From Mobula hypostoma (taxonomy: Eukaryota), in assembly GCF_963921235.1 (NCBI RefSeq), contig NC_086097.1:94118001-94182000 (forward strand): 64,000 nucleotides of DNA, in the 5' to 3' direction. Under the pieces are notes generated by a model, which saw only the letters and a program-made list of their open reading frames with translations, did not search any database and had not been told where the DNA came from. Made by a program: the position numbers and the translations under genes. Below, in pieces: positions 1-12,000 of the stretch. Numbering within the stretch: the first letter of the stretch is position 1; every line of letters begins with the position of its first letter.

Positions 1-799
1 TTACATGTTAACGTGTTGTGAAATGTGCCGTTTGTGTTAACAACCAGCACACCTGAGGATGTGCTGGGGGCAGCCGGTAAGTGTCGCTACGCATTCCATG
101 CCAACCTAGCTTGCTCACAATGCTTGGCAAAACAACAGAGAGTGCAACAAGCAACAGCAGAACAAGTCCCTTTCCTCCCTCCCACCCACTCACATACACA
201 GTCAGACCTCCCACTCCTGGACAGACCTCCAGAGCTCTAGTCTCCAGGCTTCACACATCAGGCTCTGACTTCCGATTAGCCTAGCAACCCAGATCTCCTG
301 ACGTCTGCTCATTGAATCAGTCTTACAACATAGAAACAGGCCATTCAGCCCACTGGGTCCATCCTGACCATCAAACACCACTCCTACATGAACTCTATTT
401 TGTTCATCTTATCATCTTGCCCAAGCTTCTACCGCTCACCTGCGTAATGGAGCTGGTTTACAGTGGCTGACTAATCAGCTGACCTATGCCTCTTTGGCAT
501 GTGGGAGGACAATGGAGCACCAAGAGGAAGCCCGTGTGGTTGAGGGAACGTGCAACCTCCAGGTTTTAAATAAAATGCCAAACCTGATGCAGATCAATGG
601 AGTTGTAGACAATTTAATTACTGCAAAATCACTTTCACCTTTAGCCAGCAACTGAGTGCTTGTGCACCATGTTAGCTAATCTGGTCCAGAGAGTTTTTCA
701 GCTCTTAATTTTAAGCAGGACCTCAATTTGGAAATCATACAGTGATCTGCCGTTACAGTCTTTCTCTGGATTAAGAAATTGACCCGTAGACACTTATTT

Positions 800-1875
800 C
801 AGAATGCTGCTTCTGGATCTCATTTTGGCATTTAGCACTATTTGTCCCACAGACCTTGGTGAACAAACTCCTGCTCCTCGGTCTAAACACACCATTGTCC
901 AACTGGGTGTTGGACTTCCTAACAAACAGATCTCAGATTGTCAGGATGCAAAACTGCACTTCCCTCCCCATCATCCTTAACACAGGTACCTCCCATTGCT
1001 GTACACTCTACTCACACACACCTGCACGGCCAAACACCTGGGCAACCACACCGTCAAGTTCTCCGATGACAGGACATCAACTATGATGAGACAGCCTACA
1101 GAGAGGAGGTGGAAGAGCTCGAGGCCTGGTTCAGGCAAACAACCTCTTCCTTAATGTCAACATGACAAATGAGATGGTAATCAAGTTCAGGAGAACTCAC
1201 ACCACTCACATCCCCCTTTACACTGGTGGCACTGCTTGCAGTTTCAGACTCCTGGGAGTGCACATCTCACACAACCTCTCATGGTCCCAGAACACATCCT
1301 CCACAGTTAAGGAAGCTTGCCAGTGCCTCTACTTTCTGAGGAGCCTGAAGAGAGCTGGACTTTGCACATCCACCTCACGTCATTCTACAGCTGCACCACT
1401 GTTTGGTGCAGAAACTGTACTGTCGTGGACAGGAAGCTACAACAGGTAGTCAAAACTACCCAATGAATCATTGACACCAGTCTACCCACCATCAACAACA
1501 TATGTACAGAAAGGTGCCTGCAAAGGGCCAGTAACATCATGAAGGATCCCACACACCCTGCTCATGGACTGTCTGTCGTAGCATCCACGCCAGGAACACC
1601 AGGCTCGAAAACAGTTACCCTTCTCAAGCAGTAAGGCTGATCTACATCTCCACCACTACTTTATTATTTCCTGACAGACACCTAGCGTCACTTTATGGAC
1701 ATACAATCAATCGATGTACATCAGCTATCTTATGCATGTGTATTTTCTAATATTATTATTGTGCTTTTTTTTAATCTTCTGTGGTGTTTTTTGTGCTGCA
1801 TTGGATCCAGAGTAACAATTAGTTTGTTCTTCTTTACACTTGTGTACTGGAAATGAGGTTAAACAATCTTGAATC
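800..1875 (+). mobile_element. Decayed Rex1/Babar-like non-LTR retrotransposon, 3' portion
   Basis: ORF fragments SNWVLDFLTNRSQ, EMVIKFRR, FRLLGVHISHNLSWS, CLYFLRSLKRAG; AT-rich 3' UTR ending taaacaatcttgaatct. Confidence 0.75.
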
Positions 1876-3614
1876 TTTCTGACTTTTCCATTCCTTCGTC
1901 CAAACAGGAAGAGCAAGTTATGGGATGGGTGTGTTGCAAACAATTATGTTGCTGGAAGCAGCAGGCCGTTCCCTGTTGCACCCAGTCAGTATTTTCTATC
2001 TGGTGAATCATGGAGCTAGGTGCAGGGGCAGACCCAGCACTTCCTTAACCCAGGGGAAGACTGGACTGGCAAGCACTGTTTCATTTCCAAACTAAGCAAC
2101 TAAGCTCGTGCTTGAAGTTAGAAGTGTCCTATGTGCTGCGTTGCATAGGATAACATTCAGGTTTGATTGCCAAGTCTGCTTGGTGCTGTCCAGGAGGCTT
2201 CATCGTGTGGGTTTGCTTGCCAGCCTGTTCCATCTCCACTCTCCCACACTAGTTGCCCAAGACATCAAACTCATTGCAAAGTATTGTTCTTCACCAGATG
2301 GGAAGCAGGCCGATTTCCCTTAGTTCACTGGAGTACGCTCCACAAGTTCCAATGTCACAGTGCTTGTTTCTTTGACACCATGGGTTGAATTGCAGTGTGA
2401 AATCAATTGTGACTTCCACTGGTAGCTCTTATATCACCTTTCACCCCCTGAAAGGATTCCACAGCTGGAGAACCGGTGTTAACATTTTAAATCAAGTCGG
2501 GTTTGTTATGTGCACAGGTACTATGAAGGACAAGGTAGAATGAACAACTTGCTCGCAGCAGCATCACGGACACTGAAGGCCAGGCAACAACAGAATATAA
2601 ATTACATATAAATTATGCACTAATTGTACAAGGTGGCGAAGAGGGCAAAAAGAAGATTGCGCAAGGCAAGATATTAGTGCAAAAGTAAAACCAGAATGTG
2701 AGACAAACATTTTTTAGTGCAAGAGGTGGTCGGTAGTGTTCCATTGCTGAGGTGGATTAGAGTTGTTCGGGTCAGTTCAGGAACTTGATGGCTGGAGGAA
2801 GGCAGCTGTTCGTGTGGGACCTTAGGTTTCTGTAACTCCTACCCAATGGTAGCAGCAAAAATAAGGCATGACCCGGATGGTGGGGTTCCTTCAATCATCT
2901 CTCATCCACATCATCAACCTGAACTGTTATCTCTTTCTCTATCCACTGATGCTGTTTGACTTGCTGGGTATCTTCGCGCTTTCCATTTTCGCTCCAGATA
3001 GCCAGGATTTGTAGCATTTTGCTCCTCAAAGGCTAGCTTGCATTATCCTGTGTGCATTATACCCACACATGCTCAAAGCAAGTGGGGCTGATGCCAGCCC
3101 ACATTTGACAACTCTTCCATCTGGTTGATTCACCTAAGTGCCATTAACAGGCAGCGTGGGCCAGACACAGGAGATCAGGTCTGAGCACCGGGATCTCGCC
3201 AGCATCTGCACTGCATAGAGTGATCATCAATTACAGTATATGCAGACTTCCATCGACATTCAAGTCACTTATGAAAATTAGAAACTGAATTGATTCCAAT
3301 ATCAATCCCTGGTGCACCCCACTCAGTACTTTCCCCTCCTACTCTGATGCAATTCCACAAATAAATAGCAATCATTGCCTGCTGTTTGTAGAATAAAACA
3401 ACCGAGAAGGAGGCACTGGCCCATCGTTCTTATGCCCACTCTATCGAAGATGTCAATTACTTTGCAAGTTACCTTAAATCACTTGGTTACAACCCTTCTT
3501 GGAAATAGTTTCTCCTTACTTGATATTAAAACTTTTCAGGACTTTGAATAGATCCCTTCATATCTCCCCTTTACCTTCTCTGTTCTAAAGGAAACAATCC
3601 TAGATTCTTCTACA

Positions 3615-4075
3615 ATAACACACGCAAGATGTTGGAGGAACTCAGCAGATCAGGCGGCATTTATGGAAATGGATAAACAGTCAAAGTTTCAGGCCGAGAC
3701 CCTTCTTCACGACTGAAGAGGAAGGGGGGAAGATGTCAGATAAACAAGGAAGAGGGAGAAGGGGGATTGCTAGAAGGTGATAGGTGAAGCAAGGTGAGTG
3801 GGAAAGATAGAGGGCTGGAGAAGAAGGAATGTGATAGGAAAGGAGAGTGGACCATGGGAGAAAGGGAAGGAGGAAGGAACCCAGGGGAACGTGATATGCA
3901 GGTGAGAAGACATAAGGGACCAGAGTGGGGAATACAAGAAGGGGGGGGGGGATTTTTTTTTAACAGGAAGGAAAAATCAATATTCATGCCATCAGACTGG
4001 AAGCTACCCAGATGGAATATAAGGTGTTGTTCCTCCACCCTGAGTGTGGCCTCATCGTGGCACAAGAGGAGGCCA
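3615..4075 (-). mobile_element. Penelope-like element 3' end / pseudo-LTR with degenerate hammerhead motif
   Basis: Minus ORF EATLRVEEQHLIFHLGSFQSDGMNIDFS (end of GIY-YIG region, same as at 61114-61222) followed by the pyrimidine-rich pLTR. Confidence 0.8.
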
Positions 4076-4324
4076 CCTAAACTCTCTTCCATTACTGGTG
4101 GCACTATAGTTAAGTGAGGTGGCCGGAACTGGATGGAACATCCAGGTGTAATTGCTTTTGAACTGACCATCCTGGTTGCTTTTTGCTGGCCTTAAGAATC
4201 TGGATTACGTACATAAATGCACCCTATCGTAAACCAGATCATTTGTCATTTTTTTCTTTCTTCTTATTCCACTGTTTCACAGGTTTTGTGTTAGATTTCA
4301 TCCATCGTGTGTATTTCCAATGTA

Positions 4325-4743
4325 TGCTCTGTGGGCACTTTATTAAATACCTCTTGTCTCCTTCCTGTCAGCTTCGACCAATCTGGCCATTCTCCTTTGA
4401 CCTTTCGAATTAGCAACGTCCACAGACCTGCTGCTCACTAGATTTTTTTTTGTTTTTTAGACCATTCTTGATAAACTCTAGAGAGTCGTGTGCGTGAAAA
4501 TCCCAGGTCAGCCGTTTCTGAGATACTCAAATCACCCCGTCTGCCACCAACAATCATTCCACGGTCAAAATCACTTCGATCACATTTCTTCCCCACTCTG
4601 ATGTTTTGTCTGAACAACAGCAGAACTTCTTGACCGTGTCTGCATGCTTTAATGCATTGTGTTGCTGTCACATGATTGGCTGATTAGATATTTGCATGAA
4701 CGAGCAGGTGTACGGGTGTAGCTAATAAAGTGGCCACTGAATA
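4325..4743 (-). mobile_element. Tc1-family non-autonomous DNA transposon (internal deletion derivative)
   Basis: Imperfect TIRs (ctctgtgggcactttatt / aataaagtggccactga) flanked by TA; minus ORF GKKCDRSDFDRGMIVG...LSISETADLGFSRTRLSRVY is a Tc1 transposase N-terminal HTH. Confidence 0.85.
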
Positions 4744-5844
4744 TATGGTCACAGAAGTATATTATTCTGAAGTTATGATTGGTGTACCGTTTCCAAGTTT
4801 CATTATATGTGTTAACCTCAAAGATGGAAACTATATCCCCAAATCCAGATTATGAATATATATCGAAAGATGCAATAATCTCAAAATTAGTTGCTAGGAA
4901 ATGCCACTATTAATGGTCCTCTTGTCTGAAAAACATTCATACACTGCTATTCTCTGCTTTCCACATTTCTGTCCAGATGGTCACCACACACCTTTACTTT
5001 CGTGGGCTTCAGTTTTGCTAAGGTGTCTGCAATGGATAGTTTTCCCAAACATCTTTTGAAAATTCGTATACATAACATCAACCACACCATCCTCATCCAT
5101 CCCCCTCTGCTATTAACAATTTCATGACCTTTCCTTGACTAGCCTACATATCTCTGGTTTCCTCATCACTGGTAACAGATAGTTTTCACACTAGAGGAAT
5201 GATCACAATTGAACACTTGGGGACCAAACGCAGAATCTGCTTTATCGAGTTGTTTAAGAGGTTCTTTGATAGGCACAGAATGGGGGAGGTATGGACCAAG
5301 TGCAGACAGAAGAGGTTAGTTTAATTAGCTGTCATAAACTTAATTAGTTCAGCACGACATCGTGTTCCCCATACTGTAATTTGTTTTAATGTGCTATATT
5401 CCATGTTGTAAATATTTAGCAGTTCAGGCCTCGTGAGCTTCTCCACAGACGCCATTTGACCTGCTAACCACTTCCCATTTTTAATTCAGGTTTTCAGTAG
5501 CTTTTTGCTGTTGTGATTATTCTGGATTTGCTAATCTGTTTGATATGTATTGTTGGGCTTATCCCTCTTCCCATTTTAAACAGTATTTTAGTTTCAGTGA
5601 AGGCTCTGAAGTATGCGGCCATGACATCTGCTTTGTTCATCCTAGTTTCTGAAAGAATCACCCTCTGTGGCTGATTGTTGTCTGGCAGAATCAACATCAC
5701 TTGATAGATATTGTTTTGGAACTACTAGTTATCCCTATGGAGGTGGAGTTCTCTACTCTTAACTGTTTGAAATGTGTTGATATGCTCTAACCTTAATGGA
5801 ATATACTTTGTGAGCCCATTCTTATTCCTCCTTTTTACTTTCAG

Positions 5845-6031
5845 GCTTGGACTTTGTGTTTGGCCCTGCCAACCTCACCATCTCAGTGGGTCTGAGTGCC
5901 CAGATGCGATGTCAGTTGAAGGGTGTCTCCAGATGGCCCAGCATCCATTGGCTAAAAGATGGCGAGGAGCTGTACAACGCTGATTTCACCAGTGTGCCGC
6001 TCGGTGAGGATGAGGTGCTGAGTGTCATCAG
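5845..6031 (+). CDS. TAM RTK exon, Ig1 N-half: GLDFVFGPANLTISVGLSAQMRCQLKGVSRWPSIHWLKDGEELYNADFTSVPLGEDEVLSVIR
   Basis: Acceptor ctttttactttcag, donor ag|gtaatc; 187 nt, phase 1 to 2; Ig Cys and Trp; VPLGEDE as in AXL. Confidence 0.92.
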
Positions 6032-9000
6032 GTAATCCTGTGGATTGGGAATCCCGTAGCTGTTTGAATCTCACTCCAGAGATGTGAGCCTAAATCGCAG
6101 GCTAATGCTCCAATAAAGTGCCCTGACAAGAGGCATGACTTTGAGATAAAATGCTTAAACTCAGGTGGTTTCTGCCCTCTAGCATGAACATGAAAGGTCC
6201 CATGGTATTATTGTGAAAAGAGATCACGTAATTCTCACTAGCTTTCTGGTTATCCTTCCATGAATAGCACTGAAATAGTTGTTACTTGCATTGCTGTTGG
6301 TTGGATTTTGTTGTTTGGGGTGTTTCCTCTCTAGAAACACTGACGACGCTCTTCTGATAATGCTGAGGCTGTGAAACATTATGTAAATCTTATTACATTG
6401 CAAGTCAGATTGAGGTTGCTTGTCTTGTAACCACAGTGAGGGATATTATAGTGGGAAGACATTGTACACAGCTGAGCTGAGTGCTCTTGAGCTTATTGTG
6501 ATATTGCTACCTCTGAGTGCACGGATGAAATGACTGAAGCCGTACTACAGTGTCAGATGATTGAAATGATGTGCGAACTTTCGACTTTAATCCATAGTGA
6601 ATTCTCAATCAGTTAGGCTGTTGAGATGTGTGCTAAACAGAGGTGTCATGCTGATTCCAGGGGAAATAATGTTTCCTGAGTTGTTTCCAGCATCTGATGA
6701 AGGAGGATAACTTGTTTCCGCCTTTTTCCCTTACTCGACTGAAGGCAGTAAATGATGGTGCTACTCAGTAGAAGTAATCCTCGATCTTACTGTTGTGTCA
6801 AAGACCAGTTAATAGCTGTACCTGAATCTCAACATTCTGGATTGAGTCCCACCTCAGGGGTTAAAGTATGGGCCCTGTAAGCCTCACAAAATTGGAATAT
6901 GTAGTCTGGTCCCTCTAACCAAGGGTCAGAACAGCAGTCAGCATTAAGGAGTCCGCCACGTGGCTGAGAGGAAGAGGTTTGAAAATCACTGAAATTCTCC
7001 ATCTCATGAAGTTCCAGAGTTTATTGAAGGCTGGAAGTGATGGACTTGGCTCCCTAAGAGAACAGGGCACCTGCAGTGGCCTGGAATGTGACTGGGTTCC
7101 CAAGCCCAGCCCCCTCCCCAGGAGTAGGTCTCAGCGGAAGAGGCTATGGGACAAAGTGGTGAAAATGATTAGATTATGAGAACACTCAGTCCTCTTTTAT
7201 TGTCATTTAGAAATGCATACATGCATTAAGAAATGATACAATGTTTCTCCATAGTGATATCACAGAAAACAGGACAAACCAAAGACTAACACTGACAGAA
7301 CCACATAATTATAACATATAGTTACAGCAGTGCAAAACAATACCATAATTTGATAAAGAACAGACCACGGGCACGGTAAAAAAAAAGTCTCAAGTCCCGA
7401 TTGACTCCCGAGTCCCCGGTAGCAGGCAGCAAAATGGAGAAACTCCCTGCCATAAACCTCCAAGGCACCGACAACTGCCGATGCCTTGGAAGCAGCCGAC
7501 CACAGCCGACACCGAGTCCATCCATCCGAAAACTTCGAGCCTCCGACCAGCCCCTCCGATACAGCCTCCCTCCGGAGCGCCATCCTCTGCCGAGCGCCTT
7601 CGACCTCGCCCCGGCCACCGAAACAATCAAAGCCGAGGATTCAGGGCCTTCTGCTCCAGAGATTCCGGTTACCACACAGTAGCAGCGGCAGCGAAGCGGG
7701 CATTTCAGAAGTTTCTCCAGATGTTCCTCCGTACTCTCATGTCTGTCTCCATCAAATCAGAATTGTGCACGGTCCCCTACTTGACAGATTACAGATATCA
7801 TTCACCGGAGAGGCCATGCATGCTGCGTCGCGCCACCATCTTCTCCTCCTCCTCCTCCTATATAGTAAAAATAGTAAAACCTCTGATAATAAGAATAATG
7901 GGAAGAGAGACCAAGGTAACAGACGGACACTATCAACCCCTCTTTGTCAAAGGACAAAGCCAATACAGGAGACAGATGACACAGGCAGACAGCGCATCAA
8001 AATGGATGTGACAGGAGGAGAGGAGTATACAGACATACACCGACAAGGAAAGAAACGAGTTCCTGGAGATTGGAAGCAGTATAGAGTCCAACATGCCCCA
8101 GCTCTAAGGGCTAGAGGGTACAAAACAGTTAGACTCAGGGTTCCAGGGTCAAGTGAAGCCAAAGGAGCAGGTGGTGGATGGTCGTATGAGCAGTTGGCGC
8201 ATATCACAAGTCCTGGTTATGTGACCATTGATACCAGGCAGTCTCTAAAGAGTATTGATAATTGTCGCAGGGGATGGGAACCAGGGTGTCAGAACAGATA
8301 GTGGAGAGGTTGTAGAGACAGATGTTGTTAAGACCTTAGACAAAGTCAGGAATTAAAAGTTGAGCATGGTATAACTAGCGTCCAGCGCTGCGAATATTTC
8401 AAAGCATCGTAAGAATCGTAAGAAAGTATCGTAAGAAAGATGGGTGAGCTCAGGCCATGGATCAACACATGGAATTATGATGTTGTAGCTCCATTTGTGA
8501 GACTTAGTTGCAAGAGGGCAGGACTGGCAGTTCGATATTCTGGGGTTCCACTGTTTTAGATGCAATAGAGTGGTAGATATTAAAGGGAGAGGGGGTGGTG
8601 TTACTAGTCAGGGAAAATCTCACAGCATTGCCCAGTCAGGATGGACTGGAGAACTTGTCCAGTGAGGCATTACAGGTAGATCTGAGGAATATGAAATATG
8701 TGCCCACGTTAACAGGGCTGTATTACAGACCACCCAACAGTCCGATGGAGTTAGAGGAATAAATTTGTAGAGGGATCACAAACTGTTGCAAGAAACATGA
8801 TGTTGTTATAGTAGGTGCTTTTAACTTTCCACATATTGACTGGAAATCCCATACGGTAAAAGGACTAGGTTGGATGAGTTTGTCAAATGTGTTCCGGAAA
8901 GTTTCGTTAATCGGTACATAGAAGTCCCAATGACAGATTGTGCAATACTGGATCTGCTCTTAAGGAATGAGACAGGGCAGGTGACAGAAGTTTGTGTAGG

Positions 9001-12000
9001 GGAACACTTTGCATCTGGTGGTCACAATGCCATTAGTTTCAAGGTAAATATGGAAAATGATGGGTCTGGTCCATGGGTTGAAATTCTAAACTGGAGAAAG
9101 GCCAATTTTGATGGTATCAGAAAGGATCTGGCGTGTGGATTGGGACAGGCTGTTTTCTGGCAAAGATATACTTGGTAAGTCGGAGGCCTTCAAAAGTAAA
9201 ATTTTGAGATGTACAAAGCTTGTATGTACCTTTCAGAATAAAAGGTAAAGATAAGAGATTTAGGGAACCTTGCTTTTCAAGAGATATTGAGGCCCTGGTT
9301 AAGAAAAAAAAGGAGGTAGCAGGGATATGTAGGTAGGAACAAATGAGGTGCTTGAGAAGTGTAAGAAATGCAAGAGAACACCAAACAAAGAAATCAGGAG
9401 GGCGAAAAGAAGGCATGAAGTTGCTCTAGCAAGCAAGGTGAAGGAGAATCCCAAGGGATTCCACAGATATGTTAAGAACAAAAGGATCACAAGAGACAAA
9501 ATTGGTCCTCTGAAAGACCGGAATGGTAATCCTTGCGTGGAGCCAAGAGAGTTGGGGGAGATCTTAAATGAATTTTTGCATCTGTATTAAGATAGGAGAC
9601 AGACACGTAGTCTATAGAAGTGAGGGAAAGCTGCAGCAAGATCATGGACCCTATACAGATTACAGAGGAGGAGGAGGAGTAGGTGATTTGTCTGAGGCAA
9701 ATCTGGGTGGACAAATCCTCAGGGCCTGACAATGTGGTCTCTCAAACCCTGTGGGAGGCAAATGCAGAAAATGCAGAGATATTTAAATCATCCTTTCCCA
9801 TGTGTGAGGTGCCAGAGGATTGGACGATGGCTAATATTGTTCCGCTGTTTAAGAAAAGCTTTAAAAATAAACCAGGAAATTATAGGCCAATGACCCTGAC
9901 ATCAGTAGTGGGAAAGTTATTGGAAGGTGTTCTAAGGGACTGGATATTTGAGGATTTAGATAGACATGACTAATTAGGGATAGTCAGCGTGGCTTCATGT
10001 GTGATAGGTCATGTTCAACCAATCTATTCCCATTTTTCAAGGAATTCACCAGTGATGACACAAAGGTTGAGGATGTTGTGGATAGTGTGGAGGGCTGTCA
10101 GAGGTTACAGCGGGACATCGATAGGATGCAAAACTGGGCTGAGAAGTGGCAGATGGAGTTCAACCCGGATAAGTGTGAAGTGGTTCATTTTAGTAGGTCA
10201 AATATGATGGCAGAATATAGTATTAATGATAAGACTCTTGGCAGTGTGGAGGATCAGAGGGATCTTGGGGTCCGAGTCCATAGGACACTTAAAGCTGCTG
10301 TGCAGTTTGACTCTGTGGTTAAGGAGGCATACGGTGCATTGGCCTTCATCAATCGTGGGATTGAGTTTAAGAGCCGAGAGGTAATGTTGCAGCTATATAG
10401 GACCCTGGTCAGACCCCACTTGGAGTACTGTGCTCAGTTCTGGTCGCCTCACTACAGGAAGGATGTGAAAACCATAGAAAGGGTGCAGAGGAGATTTACA
10501 AGGATGTTGCCTGGATTGGAGACCGTGCCTTATGAGAATAGGTTGAGTGAACTCGGCCTTTTCTCCTTGGAGTGACGGAGGATGAGAGGTGACCTGATAG
10601 AGGTGTATAAGATGATGAGAGGCATTGATCGTGTGGATAGTCAGAGGCTTTTTCCCAGGGCTGAAATGGCTAACACGAGAGGGCACAGTTTTAAGGGGCT
10701 TATAAGCAGGTACAGAGGAGATATCAGGGGTAAGTTTTTCACGCAGAGAGTGGTGAGTGTGTGGAATGGGCTGCCGGCGACGGTGGTGGAGGTGGATATG
10801 ATAGGGTCCTTTAGGAGATTCCTGGATAGGTACATGGAGCTTAGAAAACTAGAGGGCTATGTGTAACCCTAGGTAATTTCTAATGTTTGGCACAGCTTTG
10901 TGGGCTGAAGGACCTGTATAGTGCTGTAGGTTTTCTATGCTTCTATGGAAGCTGATGAAGGCAAGGCAGTGGAATTTGTCTATATGGATTTTAGCAAGGC
11001 ATTTGACAAGGTCTCGCATGGGAGGTAGGTGCAGAAGGCTCAGTCACCCGGCATTCAACATGATGTAATAATTTGCATAAGACGTTTGCGGGAGAAGCCA
11101 GAGAGTGGTAGTAGGAGCTGCCTATCTGACTGTAGATCTGTGACGAGTGGAGTGTCACAGGGATGGGTGCTGTGTCCGCTGTGTTCGTCATCTACACCAA
11201 TGATTTGGATGATAATGTGGTTAATTGGATCAGCAAATTTGCAGATGACACCAAGATGGGGGGTACAGTGGACCATGAGGAAAACTATCAGAGCTTGCAG
11301 TGGGATCTGGACCAGCTGAAAAAATGGGCTGATAAATAGCAGATGAAATTTAATGTAGACAATACCAGGTGCTGCACTTTGGTAGGACCAACCAGGATAG
11401 ATCTTACGCTGTGCACTGTAGGGCCCTGAGGAGTTTCATAGAACAAAGGGATCTGGGAAAACATGTCCATAATACTTTGAAAGTGGTATCACAGGTCATA
11501 AAGAAAGCTGTTGGCCAACTAGCCTTCGTAAATCAACGTTTTGAGAACAGAAGATGGGATGTTATGTTGATGTTGTATAAGATATTGGTGAAACCCAATT
11601 GCAGTCGTGGTCACTTACCTACAGGAATGATGTAAGTAAAGTTGAAAGACTCCAGAAAAAATTTACAAGGATGTTGCTGGGACTGGAGGACCAGTGTTAT
11701 AAGGAAAGATTGAATATGTTAGGAGCTTATTCCTTAGAACATAGAAGATTGAGAGGAGATTTGATGGAGATATTTAAAATTATGAGGGGTATAGAAAAGG
11801 TAAATGCAAGCAGGCTTTTGCTTCTAAGGTTGGGTGAGACTACAACTAGAGGTTGTGGGTCAGGGGTCAAAGGTGAAAAGTTTAAGGGGATATGAGGGGA
11901 TCTTCTTCACTCAGATGACAGGGAGAGTGTGGAATGAGCTGCCAGTGCAAGGGGTGCATGCAAGCTCGATTTCACTGTTTAAGAGAAGTTTCGATAGGTC

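Noticed and set aside
1..5844. Search for the signal-peptide first exon and promoter
   Set aside because: No ATG plus hydrophobic leader ending in a phase-1 donor and no CpG island found; probably upstream of the window.
7260..8301. Cluster of overlapping ORFs up to 271 aa
   Set aside because: GC-rich repeat with few stops; the ORFs cross unrelated repeat boundaries and show no domain.
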